The notes below the pieces were generated by a model. The model did not search any database and had not been told where the DNA came from. It saw nothing but the letters and a program-made list of their open reading frames with translations. Position numbers and translations under genes: made by a program. DNA of 64,000 bases, from assembly GCF_022045235.1 (NCBI RefSeq), contig NW_027266297.1:32054001-32118000 (forward strand). Reading direction: 5' to 3'. This DNA is from Haliotis cracherodii. Its lineage: Eukaryota. Shown one piece after another: positions 26,753 through 40,581 of this stretch; position 1 is the first letter of the stretch; every line of letters starts with the position of its first letter.

Positions 26753-28642
26753 CTATACTTTGTCTGATGAAATTGTGCTACCTTGTTTGAACACATGTCG
26801 AGCAGTAGATCGTGATCTCCTCAAACGCCTCCAAGCGTAGTCATACGACTTTATCATGGAAGCTGTTTTGACGTGGTTTGATGCTCTTCTATACACCACC
26901 CTCCGCACATAGACACTGCAGTCCTGAGACACAACGTTGTTTACCTGAGCTCTGACAATTTTGTTTCCAAGAAGCCGCGTTTCCCAATTAACATTATCGG
27001 GAATATGGTGGCAGAACTTGCTGAATACCACACACCTTCGTCCGTACCGGATGGACTGAACACCAGTCTCATAGAGAGCTGGCTTATTGTTCTCAGACTT
27101 GAAGATTGTCTTCTTTCTGAATCCAGGGTTGGCACCCCGTCTTTTCTCCCATTGTGCATCCTGTTTGAGTGGAACGTCAGGGGAGATAACTTTGACCCAC
27201 GGTGACCAGTCCATGTTTCTCAAGCTGAAGTTGTTCTCAAAGACTTCCTCTCTTCTCAGGAGTGGTGTCACAAACTTTGTTGATTTCTGGAATAATATAG
27301 TGTATTGTGAGACTCCTTGACATGGTCATAGCCTAACACAATGAAAACAAGAATTAAACACTGTGATCGCGCATTTAAAAAAAATTGAGAGAATATTTTA
27401 CCTTGAACGATTTCTTTCTTGGCTTTCTGATGGATTTAGGTTTTGGCTTTCTGACTCTTTGAATGGATGTTATTTTCTTTAAGGTGGGAACCTTCACATC
27501 TTTCTTAGCGGCACTGATCGTAATCGCTGTCTTTGGTTGAGGAGGGGAGACAATTCCATCACGTAGGGATGTAAACATTCCTTCCATGTCTTTGCTGAGG
27601 GCACCATCAGCGCAACGGGCTCGAACCTCTTTCTCGTACACCTGATGAGGGCAAATGATCATTGATGAAAGGAATTTTATAACAACGAATATCACACAAT
27701 TCAAATGACAGCCGCTCTACGGATTTTAAAGTGGTGCAGTTATTTCAACTTACATGAAGAATCTCTGCCCCCTGTTCCCTGTAGCAGATGGCCATAAGGA
27801 AGTCAAAGATGTTTGTAAAGTTTTCCAATTTAAGATGCCGACCTCCTGTCTTGTTGGAAATGGTTTCGTAGAACGTCGTATTGTCCGTGTCGCACTGAAC
27901 TCCATAGATTTTTACTCCCTGAAATTAAAATTAATTAATAGAATAAGTGAATGAACATCCTTGTGTCGAAGTTACGGTTATTGTGGCGAAGTAAAAGCAA
28001 GGTCCTTGCGCATTCCTTCTTCATTCATCATTTTCGGTTGTGTCGAACCTCGGATAACTTTACTCGGATACATTTAAGTGAGTCCCTTCAACGTCGATTC
28101 AAAGGTGTTTGACTGGTGACTGTCGTGTTCTTATTATTTGATTTATGTCTGAAAATGACCACAACCTGGAAATTAATAGAAATTCAACATACCATTTCAT
28201 TCAGAGTTTGTGTCTCCTTTCTCCAGTCTATTTTTAGTTTATTGGCTTTGAAGTTTGGTTCGTGGGGCTTGTCGTCCCCGACGACGACGAGAACACGGTT
28301 AGATCCTGGTGTCCATGACAACTCCTCCCTAACTTGTCGGAGAACAAGTTCGTAACACTCGCCGTGGTCGTAATCGCCTCCTGTATCTTCAACGTTCATG
28401 ACGAAGTCGCAGAGCCCTTTGACGTCAGTGGAGAAGTCGATCCATTTTGTGACGTATGTGGATTTGGTACAGTAGTCACCGTGTGCGAAGACGGCGATTC
28501 TGACGGCGGGGATGTCAGCCTGGAGCCGCTGTATCATGTCCTGGAGTCGACCCCTGACTTCGGCGAGACAGTCGCACATGGAGCCAGTAGTGTCAAAGGA
28601 GAAAACAATCTCCGGAAGTCCACCAGGAGGAAGCAAAGCCAT
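26753..28642 (-). CDS. VWA + ET-like domain protein, copy 4 (subtype B), 462 aa
   Basis: join(28642..28193,27918..27754,27641..27402,27286..26753), GT-AG, open frame. Confidence 0.9.
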
Positions 28643-29117
28643 GTTGAATCTGTGGAAAATGAAAACACAACTACATGAATACATACATACATGAAAGTAT
28701 ATTTGTAATATCGATTCAGTTTCATTACTAACCCTTGCAGCGGAAATGCTGAAGTAATTTAATTAATTGTCTTGTTCATTTTAATGTTATTTTAATGTTA
28801 CATTGAAAGTTTTCCTGTCAAGGTTTATTGAGAAATCACAATCTTGTTGTCTTTTCTAATTCAAGGTAATTTGCATTAGCATACTATAACTATTTGTATT
28901 ATATGCAGAAAACATGTGTTTACGTTACGTTACGTAAATTTATCAAATAATTGATCTTTTTCTTTAAAAATAGTTATTGTGGAATGTGTTCCACAAGTTA
29001 CCTTTTTTGAATGATGACAGTAGATATTTAGTTGTTGTTTTTTATTCTCCGGTGCTATTAAATGCCGTTTCAGATATACCAACGCCTTCCAACTGCTAGC
29101 GAGTGACTTGTGTGTAG

Positions 29118-29218
29118 ACTGATCTTACTCAGCGAGCCGATCAGCTTTTATAGTGGCTGAGGGGCGATCAATGGTATCTCGCCGAGACTTGTCGTGGTTG
29201 GCATGTTTAGACTTGCTC
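29118..29218 (-). promoter_or_regulatory. Core promoter of copy 4
   Basis: TATA 29152..29146, Inr 29122..29118, exon-1 donor AAG|GTAACT at 29002. Motifs are conserved despite divergent surrounding sequence. Confidence 0.75.
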
Positions 29219-31211
29219 CGTGGTTGTGTTTTGGACATCAGACGATGTTCATGCCTCTGTGTTTCTTGTTCGTATTTCAAGCTAAACTGTTGTTTGAAAA
29301 CGCGAACTAACTCAAATTATTAATGAGTTAAAGATAAAAGTGTTATCGGAGTTATTGACCATCTTTGATTGATGGCAAATTGGTCTAATTGATTAGGCGA
29401 TATTCCGAACTAATACATGACACATGCGTTCAGAAACAGTTGAACTGTCTCGCTCAAATACAGTGTTTATGCCAAGCTCCCTACAGTGACTGCAGTTGCT
29501 ATTTCGCCGTGCACAATGCGTGGAGTTTGTAAAATGAGTGGATGACGTCAATGCTTCGCGGAATAAACATTTTATGCTCAGTGATAACGGATAGGAATAT
29601 TTTTTTCTGTGAGATATATATTGTTGTTGATTAATGTTTAGTATGCACGGAAAGGAATACATAATGCCTTCCTATTTGGTCATCTTTAGACGGTATAAAG
29701 CATTAACTTGCTAATTGGAAGGAATGCATGTTTGATCCAACAAACTATGTATGTTTACAAGCGTTGCTGTGTATACACATGCGATGCGTTGAAAAGTTCG
29801 TGTGTTACATTTTCGATAATATATGGCGGCTCATCAAAAATATATCCTGTTTTGACGACTTTCTTCCACATAAATTAGCAATACCACAAAAGAGATATAG
29901 TAATGCTGTAAGGCTTTTATTATTACTTTGTGTACTTATTCCACGACCAAACATTTTTCTTCTGCGTAACTTATTTTAGCAATAAATAAACCTTAAAGAC
30001 GGTGACTATAGGAAGAACTAACAATCACCTTTTGTTTGCTTTTTTTCATTATTTCATCATGGGGACAATATCTTCCTGAAAACACTTAAAGTATGATTTA
30101 ATATTTTAATATTATTTCAACCACTGACCCTACGTTTTCAAAAACAATCCCTACACCTAGTGACTCAAAATAAGGGCGAAACGTGGTCTAGTTTTCATGA
30201 AATAAATGTTATTAGCAGTACTATAGCTACATGCTTCCATGTGAAATATCAGTTATTATTATTAAGTAAGTGTTGAAAAACTGTTTATTCCCATATACAA
30301 ATTGATATATCAGTCGAGTGACATATAACGCTTTATTCTGGAAGTACTTCCTCAAAGACAATCATTACAGATTAAAATCATGAAATAAAATACATGACAA
30401 TTAAAACAGTTTTTTTCGTGTTAAATAAACGTGTTTATCTCATCTGATGACTTGGGAAAATCACCAAGGTGAGATAAGCATGTTATTTGACCCAAACAGA
30501 CAAATATCTTCTATTAATACATTGGTCAGTTTCCATGATAAACTTCAGAAAAAAATACATTGTCCATCTTCAGTGAGATATTTGTGTAAAATAACGTTGA
30601 TCGGCTTCTCGCTGATACATTATTAATACAACTTGTACTTTATCCAGCGATTAAATACCCTTTTTGAGTTAGGTCATACTAGTCTCACCTTATGACGCTG
30701 TTCAAATTACCTTCCCGTATCTAACATATTCATGGCAACATCGTTCTGTCATAACTGTCAATCAAGATGGCGCATACACATTAATAATAGATCGGAGAAT
30801 TTTATTAACATTGTCGAATAACCAAATATTATTCCCTGGGAAGAAATATGGCAAGATGATGGTTAACCATGGTTAATCTGACATGGTGCCGGCTTTCCCT
30901 AAAAATATTCAAACCACTGTGTCCGTGCCACAGCAAATACGAAGTTGTGTCCTTGGAATTATGGCTGTTTCTGGACACAGAAATGAAAACTTCTTGAAGA
31001 GTTTCAAAAACATATGAATACCTGTTGTTCAGTGTAGGGCGTTTTGCAACATACAGCATTCACACAAAACGGACACTGTTGCTCTTCCTCCGCAATATCG
31101 TCCCATTCACGCCCAATGCCGTGGATTCACGTCGGTTACGGTATCATATAGTGCAACCAACTCAGTAAGGAATGTATTTCGTGGCTTGCAGTTTCCTCTG
31201 TACACTGACAT

Positions 31212-31685
31212 CAATCTCATTAAAATCAGATCTTAGTTCTCGCTACCGCTAAACAAAGATCTGAGGACATCCCATTACGGGTCACGTCAGACCGACCTTG
31301 CACGAACTTTGAGCGACCAATGGAATGACCAACCAGAAGGCAGCTTTCTCCAGCTTTACGGCACTAATTTCAAATTGGCGACTATGCTTCGAAACATATT
31401 TTGACAAATTCTCCATCACAAATTCGAAACCTGAACAAAAGAATATTCTGGAATGGGTAATAGATGGTGTAGATTGTATGGATTCGGTCGTTAAACCCGT
31501 AACTATCGTTCGGAATACCCCGTGTTAAAATTTTCGAGGTTGCATGATTCCGACGGTCACTTTCATGATCTGGTAAGTGACGCTCTGATTGGTCGGATGA
31601 AAGGTCGTTCTGACTTGACCCTAATGGGATATCTTCAGATCTTTGTTTAGCGGTAGTGAACTAAGGTCTGATTTTAATGAGATTG
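31212..31685. mobile_element. MITE with ~90-bp imperfect TIRs and 9-bp TSD (Mutator-like)
   Basis: CAATCTCATTAAAATCAGA... and ...TCTGATTTTAATGAGATTG, with TSD CACTGACAT. Confidence 0.85.
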
Positions 31686-33093
31686 CACTGACATTAGTGG
31701 TGGAAACAAAGGTGCAACTTTTACGACAGAAAACACGTCAGGGTAACTCACGATATAATTACCAGCGACACAGAACGTCAGCTTATGTTTAAATGTCAGC
31801 TCGCTTCACATTGCACTGGGGGACTGTTTCGAGTCACGTGACTATTTATGTCAAAACGTTATTTTTTCACCTAATGCCTGTATTCGGGTATTTACATTTG
31901 TAAGGTTATATAACTGCGCATCATCTCAAGGTGGGAGGACAGCCCAGTGCATTTCAGTTCGTGGATGTTAACATGAGTGTTTCATTATATGCAAGTTTCA
32001 ATATAGGAGTTTAAACTCATATGACGTGTGAATATGAATAAATTCACGTGAGTGCTCATTACTAGATCATATTATATATATGACTTTCTGTTTGTTTCTG
32101 GTTACTTTACATTCCAGCACGTCAGTTTAATGTGGAAGATCGTTGACGTTTAGTATTTGTCGAAACACACGAGCATGGTTACGGCACTGACAGATTCTAA
32201 TTCACGACCAGACAATCCTGACACGGACTTTAAATAAAAGCGAAAGAGAAATCCATTTCAATATTCATAAGAAAACTGCTGAATAGTACTTGATCAATAA
32301 TTTCATGGATCTATATCCTGTAGCCGAACATCACTGCACCTTTGAGCTAGAAATGGAGTAACTTATTGACAGGCGCTCCCAAGTCCCAATAATGTTGTCA
32401 GTGAAATATCATGCTGGAAATCGTAACAAGAATGGCTGTTCGTTTTGTTCCTTACGATGTCTTTACTCAAAGAGATATGGAAGTCGGGTCTGGATATGGG
32501 GGTGTGTGATATGCGTGAATGTTGCTGTATGTCCATGTCAGGGCGCATGAAATGTAACTGAATCGAGACAAGGGAACGTTGAAGTCTTCAGCGTGAAACA
32601 AACGCCACGTTTCGGGGGTAGGAGGACGCAGTCTTGTAAGTACACATTATCAAAGAAAATAGGATATATGTAAGTCTTATTAGTTTGTTTTATTCATTCT
32701 TATTCAGTTTGATTTTGCACATGTTAAAATGAGGTATGATCTGAAGGCCAATGAATTAGTTTTATATACATTTTAATATAAACAATATATACAGCGTTTC
32801 ACATAACAGGAAAATAACGTTCATCAGTCTCTGTCATTCGGTAGAAAACACACATTCTCAGTCACGCACTTTAATGACACATCATGCCCTCTCATTCACA
32901 TAACTATCTGGCAAGTTGTATAATATGAGATTCGATCTCGATCTTTTCCAAAGTTATAAACTGATTAATTTGGCCTCTTATGTGCCAGTGTTTTCCAGAA
33001 TGTCCTTTGATATATGGCATGTTAAGAAAACCGTCCATATCTCCGTATCTGTTAGCATATATTACAGAATGTGTGTCAATGTTCAGAAACATT

Positions 33094-34977
33094 CTATACT
33101 TTGTCTGATGAAATTGTGCTACCTTGTTTGAACACATGTCGAGCAGTAGATCGTGATCTCCTCAAACGTCTCCAAGCGTAGTCATACGACTTTATCATGG
33201 AAGCTGTTTTGACGTGGTTTGATGCTCTTCTATACACCACCCTCCGCACATAGACACTGCAGTCCTGAGACACAACGTTGTTTACCTGAGCTCTGACAAT
33301 TTTGTTTCCAAGAAGCCGCGTTTCCCAATTAACATTATCGGGAATATGGTGGCAGAACTTGCTGAATACCACACACCTTCGTCCGTACCGGATGGACTGA
33401 ACACCAGTCTCATAGAGAGCTGGCTTATTGTTCTCAGACTTGAAGATTGTCTTCTTTCTGAATCCAGGGTTGGCACCCCGTCTTTTCTCCCATTGTGCAT
33501 CCTGTTTGAGTGGAACGTCAGGGGAGATAACTTTGACCCACGGTGACCAGTCCATGTTTCTCAAGCTGAAGTTGTTCTCAAAGACTTCCTCTCTTCTCAG
33601 GAGTGGTGTCACAAACTTTGTTGATTTCTGGAATAATATAGTGTATTGTGAGACTCCTTGACATGGTCATAGCCTAACACAATGAAAACAAGAATTAAAC
33701 ACTCTGATCGGGCATTAAAAAACAATTGAGAGAATATTTTACCTTGAACGATTTCTTTCTTGGCTTTCTGATGGATTTAGGTTTTGGCTTTCGGACTCTT
33801 TGGATGGATGTTATTTTCTTTAAGGTGGGAACCTTCACATCTTTCTTAGCGGCACTGATCTTTGGTTGAGGAGGGGAGACAATTCCATCACGTAGGGATG
33901 TAAACATTCCTTCCATGTCTTTGCTGAGGGCACCATCAGCGCAACGGGCTCGAACCTCTTTCTCGTACACCTGATGAGGGCAAATGATCATTGATGAAAG
34001 GAATTTTATAACAACGAATATCACACAATTCAAATGACAGCCGCTCTACGGATTTTAAAGTGGTGCAGTTATTTCAACTTACATGAAGAATCTCTGCCCC
34101 CTGTTCCCTGTAGCAGATGGCCATAAGGAAGTCAAAGATGTTTGTAAAGTTTTCCAATTTAAGATGCCGACCTCCTGTCCTGTTGGAAATGGTTTCGTAG
34201 AACGTCGTATTGTCCGTGTCGCACTGAACTCCATAGATTTTTACTCCCTGAAATTAAAATTAATTAATAGAATAAGTGAATGAACATCCTTGTGTCGAAG
34301 TTACGGTTGTTGTGGCGAAGTAAAAGCAAGATCCTTGCGCATTCCTTCTTCATTCATCATTTTCGGTTGTGTCGAACCCCGGATAACTTTACTCGGATAC
34401 ATTTAAGTGAGTCAATTCAACGTCGATTCAAAGCTTAAGGTGTTTGACTGGTGACTGTCGTGTTCTTATTATTTGATTTATGTCTGAAAATGACCACAAC
34501 CTGGTAATTAATAGAAATCCAACATACCATTTCATTCAGAGTTTGTGTCTCCTTTCTCCAGTCTATTTTTAGTTTATTGGCTTTGAAGTTTGGTTCGTGG
34601 GGCTTGTCGTCCCCGACGACGACGAGAACACGGTTAGATCCTGGTGTCCATGACAACTCCTCCCTAACTTGTCGGAGAACAAGTTCGTAACACTCGCCGT
34701 GGTCGTAATCGCCTCCTGTATCTTCAACGTTCATGACGAAGTCGCAGAGCCCTTTGACGTCAGTGGAGAAGTCGATCCATTTTGTGACGTATGTGGATTT
34801 GGTACAGTAGTCACCGTGTGCGAAGACGGCGATTCTGACGGCGGGGATGTCAGCCTGGAGCCGCTGTATCATGTCCTGGAGTCGACCCCTGACTTCGGCG
34901 AGACAGTCGCACATGGAGCCAGTAGTGTCAAAGGAGAAAACAATCTCCGGAAGTCCACCAGGAGGAAGCAAAGCCAT
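33094..34977 (-). CDS. VWA + ET-like domain protein, copy 5 (subtype B), 458 aa
   Basis: join(34977..34528,34247..34083,33970..33743,33627..33094). In-frame 12-nt deletion (TAIT) in the linker exon relative to copy 4. Confidence 0.9.
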
Positions 34978-35452
34978 GTTGAATCTGTGGAAAATGAAAA
35001 CACAACTACATGAATACATACATACATGAAAGTATATTTGTAATATCGATTCAGTTTCATTACTAAACCTTGCAGCGGAAATGCTGAAGTAATTTAATTA
35101 ATTGTCTTGTTCATTTTAATGTTATTTTAATGTTACATTGAAAGTTTTCCTGTCAAGGTTTATTGAGAAATCACAATCATGTTGTCTTTTCTAATTCAAG
35201 GTAATTTGCATTAGCATACTATAACTATTTGTATTATATGCAGAAAACATGTGTTTACGTTACGTTACGTAAATTTATCAAATAATTGATCTTTTTCTTT
35301 AAAAATAGTTATTGTGGAATGTGTTCCACAAGTTACCTTTTTTGAATGGTGACAGTAGATATTTAGTTGTTGTTTTTTATTCTCCGGTGCTATTAAATGC
35401 CGTTTCAGATATACCAACGCCTTCCAACTGCTAGCGAGTGACTTGTGTGTAG

Positions 35453-35553
35453 ACTGATCTTACTCAGCGAGCCGATCAGCTTTTATAGTGGCTGAGGGGC
35501 GATCAATGGTATCTCGCCGAGACTTGTCGTGGTTGGCATGTTTAGACTTGCTC
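35453..35553 (-). promoter_or_regulatory. Core promoter of copy 5
   Basis: TATA 35487..35481, Inr 35457..35453, exon-1 donor at 35337. Confidence 0.75.
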
Positions 35554-37534
35554 CGTGGTTGTGTTTTGGACATCAGACGATGTTCATGCCTCTGTGTTTC
35601 TTGTTCGTATTTCAAGCTAAACTGTTGTTTGAAAACGCGAACTAACTCAAATTATTAATGAGTTAAAGATAAAAGTGTTGGAGTTATTGACCATCTTTGA
35701 TTGATGGCAAATTGGTCTAATTGATTAGGCGATATTCCGAACTAATACATGACACATGCGTTCAGAAACAGTTGAACTATTTCGCTCAAATACAGTGTTT
35801 ATGCCAAGCTCCTTACAGTGACTGCAGTTGCTATTTCGCCGTGCACAATGCGTGGAGTTTGTAAAATGAGTGGATGACGTCAATGCTTCGCGGAATAAAC
35901 GTTTTATGCTCAGTGATAACGGATAGGAATATTTCTTTCTGTGAGATATATATTGTTGTTGATTAATGTTTAGTATGCACGGAAAGGAATACATAATGCC
36001 TTCTTATTTGGTCATCTTTAGACGGTATAAAGCATTAACTTGCTAATTGGAAGGAATGCATGTTTGATCCAACAAACTATGTATGTTTTTAAGCGTTGCT
36101 GTGTATACACATGCGATGCGTTGAAAAGTTCGTGTGTTACATTTTCGATAATATATGGCGGCTCATCAAAAATATATCCTGTTTTGACGAGTTTCTTCCA
36201 CATAAATTAGCAATACCACAAAAGAGATATAGTAATGCTGTAAGGCTTCTATTATTACTTTGTGTACTTATTCCACGACCAAACATTTTTCTTCTGCGTA
36301 ACTTATTTTAGTAATAAATAAACCTTAAAGACGGTGACTATAGGAAGAACTAACAATCACCTTTTGTTTGCTTTTTTTCATTATTTCATCATGGGGACAA
36401 TATCTTCCTGAAAACACTTAAAGTATGATTTAATATTTTAATATTATTTCAACCACTGACCCTACGTTTTCAAAAACAATCCCTACACCTAGTGACTCAA
36501 AATAAGGGCGAAACGTGGTCTAGTTTTCATGAAATAAATGTTATTAGCAGTACTATAGCTACATGCTTCCATGTGAAATATCAGTTATTATTATTAAGTA
36601 AGTGTTGAAAAACTGTTTATTCCCATATACAAATTGATATATCAGTCGAGTGACATATAACGCTTTATTCTGGAAGTACTTCCTCAAAGACAATCATTAC
36701 AGATTAAAATCATGAAATAAAATACATGACAATTAAAACAGTTTTTTTCGTGTTAAATAAACGTGTTTATCTCATCTGATGACTTGGGAAAATCACCAAG
36801 GTGAGATAAGCATGTTATTTGACCCAAACAGACAAATATCTTCTATTAATACATTGGTCAGTTTCCATGATAAACTTCAGAAAAAAATACATTGTCCATC
36901 TTCAGTGAGATATTTGTGTAAAATAACGTTGATCGGCTTCTCGCTGATACATTATTAATACAACTTGTACTTTATCCAGCGATTAAATACCCTTTTTGAG
37001 TTAAGTCATACTAGTCTCACCTTATGACGCTGTTCAAATTACCTTCCCGTATCTAACGTATTCATGGCAACATCGTTCTGTCATAACTGTCAATCAAGAT
37101 GGCGCATACACATTAATAATAAATCGGAGAATTTTATTTACCTTGTCGAATAACCAAATATTATTCCCTGGGAAGAAATATGATGATGGTTAACCATATC
37201 TGACATGGTGCCGGCTTACCCTAAACATATTCAAACCACTGTGTCCGTGCCACAGCAAATACGAAGTTGTGTCCTTGGAATTATGGCTGTTTCTGGACAC
37301 AGAAATGAAAACTTCTTGAAGAGTTTCAAAAACATATGAATACCTGTTGTTCAGTGTAGGGCATTTTTGCAACATACAGCATTCACACAAAACGGACACT
37401 GTTGCTCTTCCTCCGCAATATCGTCCCATTCACGCCCAATGCCGTGGATTCACGTCGGTTACGGTATCATATAGTGCAACCAACTCAGTAAGCACTGTAT
37501 TTCGTGGTTTGCAGTTTCCTCTGTACACTGACAT

Positions 37535-38008
37535 CAATCTCATTAAAATCAGATCTTAGTTCTCGCTACCGCTAAACAAAGATCTGAGGCCATCCCATTA
37601 CGGGTCACGTCAGACCGACCTTGCACGAACTTTGAGCGACCAAAAGAATGACCAACCAGAAGGCAGCTTTCTCCAGCTTTACGGCACTTATTTCAAATTG
37701 GCGACTATGCTTCGAAACATATTTTGACAAATTCTCCATCACAAATTCGAAACCTGAACAAAAGAATATTCTGGAATGGGTAATAGATGGTGTAGATTGT
37801 ATGGATTCGGTCGTTAAACCCGTAACTATCGTTCGGAATACCCCGTGTTAAAATTTTCGAGGTTGCATGATTCCGACGGTCACTTTCATGATCTGGTAAG
37901 TGACGCTCTGATTGGTCGGATGAAAGGTCGTTCTGACTTGACCCTAATGGGATATCTTCAGATCTTTGTTTAGCGGTAGTGAACTAAGGTCTGATTTTAA
38001 TGAGATTG
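37535..38008. mobile_element. Same MITE, copied by the 6.3-kb duplication
   Basis: Same TIRs, TSD and flanks as 31212-31685. Confidence 0.85.
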
Positions 38009-40581
38009 CACTGACATTAGTGGTGGAAACAAAGGTGCAACTTTTACGACAGAAAACACGTCAGGGTAACTCACAATATAATTACCAGCGACACAGAACG
38101 TCGGCTTATGTTTAAATGTCAGCTCGCTTCACATTGCACTTGGGGACTGTTTCGAATCACGTGATTGAACTGAAGCAAATTATTATAAATACTAAAATGT
38201 AAATCCTTCTCATTGCTGTTTGGTGTAATGGATAATAACACACTCAGTGAATGTCTTGTAAAATGTGACTCAGTTAAACTACCCATTTTAGCTGTGTTTT
38301 ATTATGTTCAAAACGTGCTTAACGTTGGGGTAAATGTAATAAGGAGAACAGCCCGTCAATTAGCCCTGTTCGAGGATTTAAAATTTTCGGCACCTCTGAT
38401 TACAGGTTTCGTTTAAAACCCGTCTCTTATAAAACACAAGGTGAGTCCTTAATTTGGCATCTTAGAAAAGTAATAAGGTTTGCTCTATATATGTATATTG
38501 TAATAATGAATAGTTTTGCCCTGAACTATTATAACGAAAGCGTCTTCGTGCTATAACTATGATGTTAGTCTGTCATGCAGACCCTCAAACAAACATATCC
38601 AATACAGCCCATGCAAGTCTATAATGTTTGGCAAGTTTAGATTACTGCAGTACCAATATATGCAAATGAAGAAAGTCTCTGGGCTCCTTTTATTATATAA
38701 TTTTAAATGTAACAACTGTTTCTTCTGCAAAATATGTTCATTTCAGAAACCAGTATTAGTCTACTAAAATGGTTCAGAGCCAAACTTTATTACACTACAC
38801 ATGGGGTGGAGCAAACTATAGTTCATAAATGAAAAAGATTCAATTTGTTGTTCCAAATATTATATTTTCTGGTTTAAAGATCATTTGAACGTATGATCAG
38901 TAGGTTTATATGAATCTTTTGACAGAATACCGTGTGTAATGGAATCTCGCTCATCAACAAACATGTGTTTGTAGCAGACTGTCTAGTAAGGAACCTCATT
39001 CATGGCTTCTGGAGCAGTGTCTCTCAAACACATTGTTTACGTTTCCTTCTCCTCACACGTTCATCTAGGACCCGGTTTCATTGAGAAGCGTAGGGCAATG
39101 TAGCAAGTTTAAATGGAATGTGTGACGTATTTACTTCGCGGATGGCTATGATTACCAAACATTTCTGCCTGATGGCGACATCTCTATGTTGAAGGTTCTT
39201 TGGTGAAGTTTTCATGAATTAGTTATGAAATAATCATACACATTGGTTTTAGTTTCAAAGTGGGAAATGTAGATGAAGAAAATGGGGAATAGCATTTAGC
39301 AGTAAACATTGACTGGATGAGAAACTCATATTGTATAAACTGTATGAATTTATTCGCCATGATATATTTATGGTTATATCACAGCCGTCAGCTTAAAGTG
39401 GGAATATACATATATCGCTATGGTGGATCAGTGGAACACGGGTATAGTGCTGACGGTGTCTTCCCATTATAACTACTTCCCATTATGACGTATATACTGT
39501 TTCAATAAACATACTTATGAATATGGTTCAGTGACTGCTCATTACTACCTAACGTTCCTATATTTGTTTCAAGGTGAAGTTGGAAACGGAGTTTCAAAAC
39601 GCAGTAGTCAAAATGGGAAAAAGACGAAAACGAATTCCTTGTACTGTCCATGTACAAGTTAACCGTGTCAAGTAACAAGTGTCATTCAATGTCATTCAAT
39701 GTCATTCAACAAGTGAAGGTCATGTTGTGCTCCTCCCCGAGAGAACACAAACTCTACACACTGCACTTGAAAAATATTCAAAGAAACTCACACAATATGC
39801 AAAAACATCACACAGACCATGGAATTGGTGTTGTGTAAGGAAGATCCGGTTCAATCTTATGAAATTTTAAATGGTTTCTTTCAATAAGGTTTGAATTATC
39901 AAATATTTCCGAACCATTTATTAAAATTGGGACAATCATTGTGCCAAAATGCCTATCACATACATGTATAACCAAGAGGTAAGTTAATGTTTCGTGTCAT
40001 CAATGATTTTCAGTGGTCCATTCATATAATTATTCACGGCTATTTGCCCATTATGCCAAGTGGAATTTAGTTCCAACCAATCTATAAACATACAACAGTG
40101 TTTATATCCCCATTACCAGGAAACAATATCTGTAACTTTAATAGCTTTGCGCATTTAGAAAAAAACGTTAGTGTTCGTTAAATGTAAACATGTGGTGTCC
40201 AAAGAAAGGTTCAAACTTTAAAACATTACTGCAAACAAATTGGGACGGATGATTCCGAAATTATGGTATAAAGGAATGAGGATATTTAAAATGTTCTGCA
40301 AAATTGATCTTGAATGCTGTATCTGTAAATATTGTATCGTATTGTAAATGTCCTAAATGTAATGGTTTATCATTACATTATTTTCTGATTCACCTAATTT
40401 CTGGAGTAAGACATGGGGTTAGGACAAGTCTACAAATAATGTTTTGAGTCTTTGAAAGGTTCACAATTGGTTATGTATGGAATACTCTCGACGTTCTCGA
40501 CATAGGGACATTCTCGAACTGGCGTTCTCGACATTTCGGAAGAAGAACAATGTACTAGAAACACGGAAACGAGAGAATATA

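Larger units (their letters stand above)
25502..38166. repeat. Tandem segmental duplication, ~6.3-kb unit x2 (copies 4 and 5)
   Basis: 25502.. matches 31843.. (offset 6341). Junction at 31842/31843. Homology ends at ~38164. Confidence 0.9.

Noticed and set aside
6640-38166. Array as a pure assembly artefact
   Set aside because: The copies carry distinct substitutions, indels, insertions and unique junctions. The exact number of near-identical units (1/2 and 4/5) still needs long-read confirmation.
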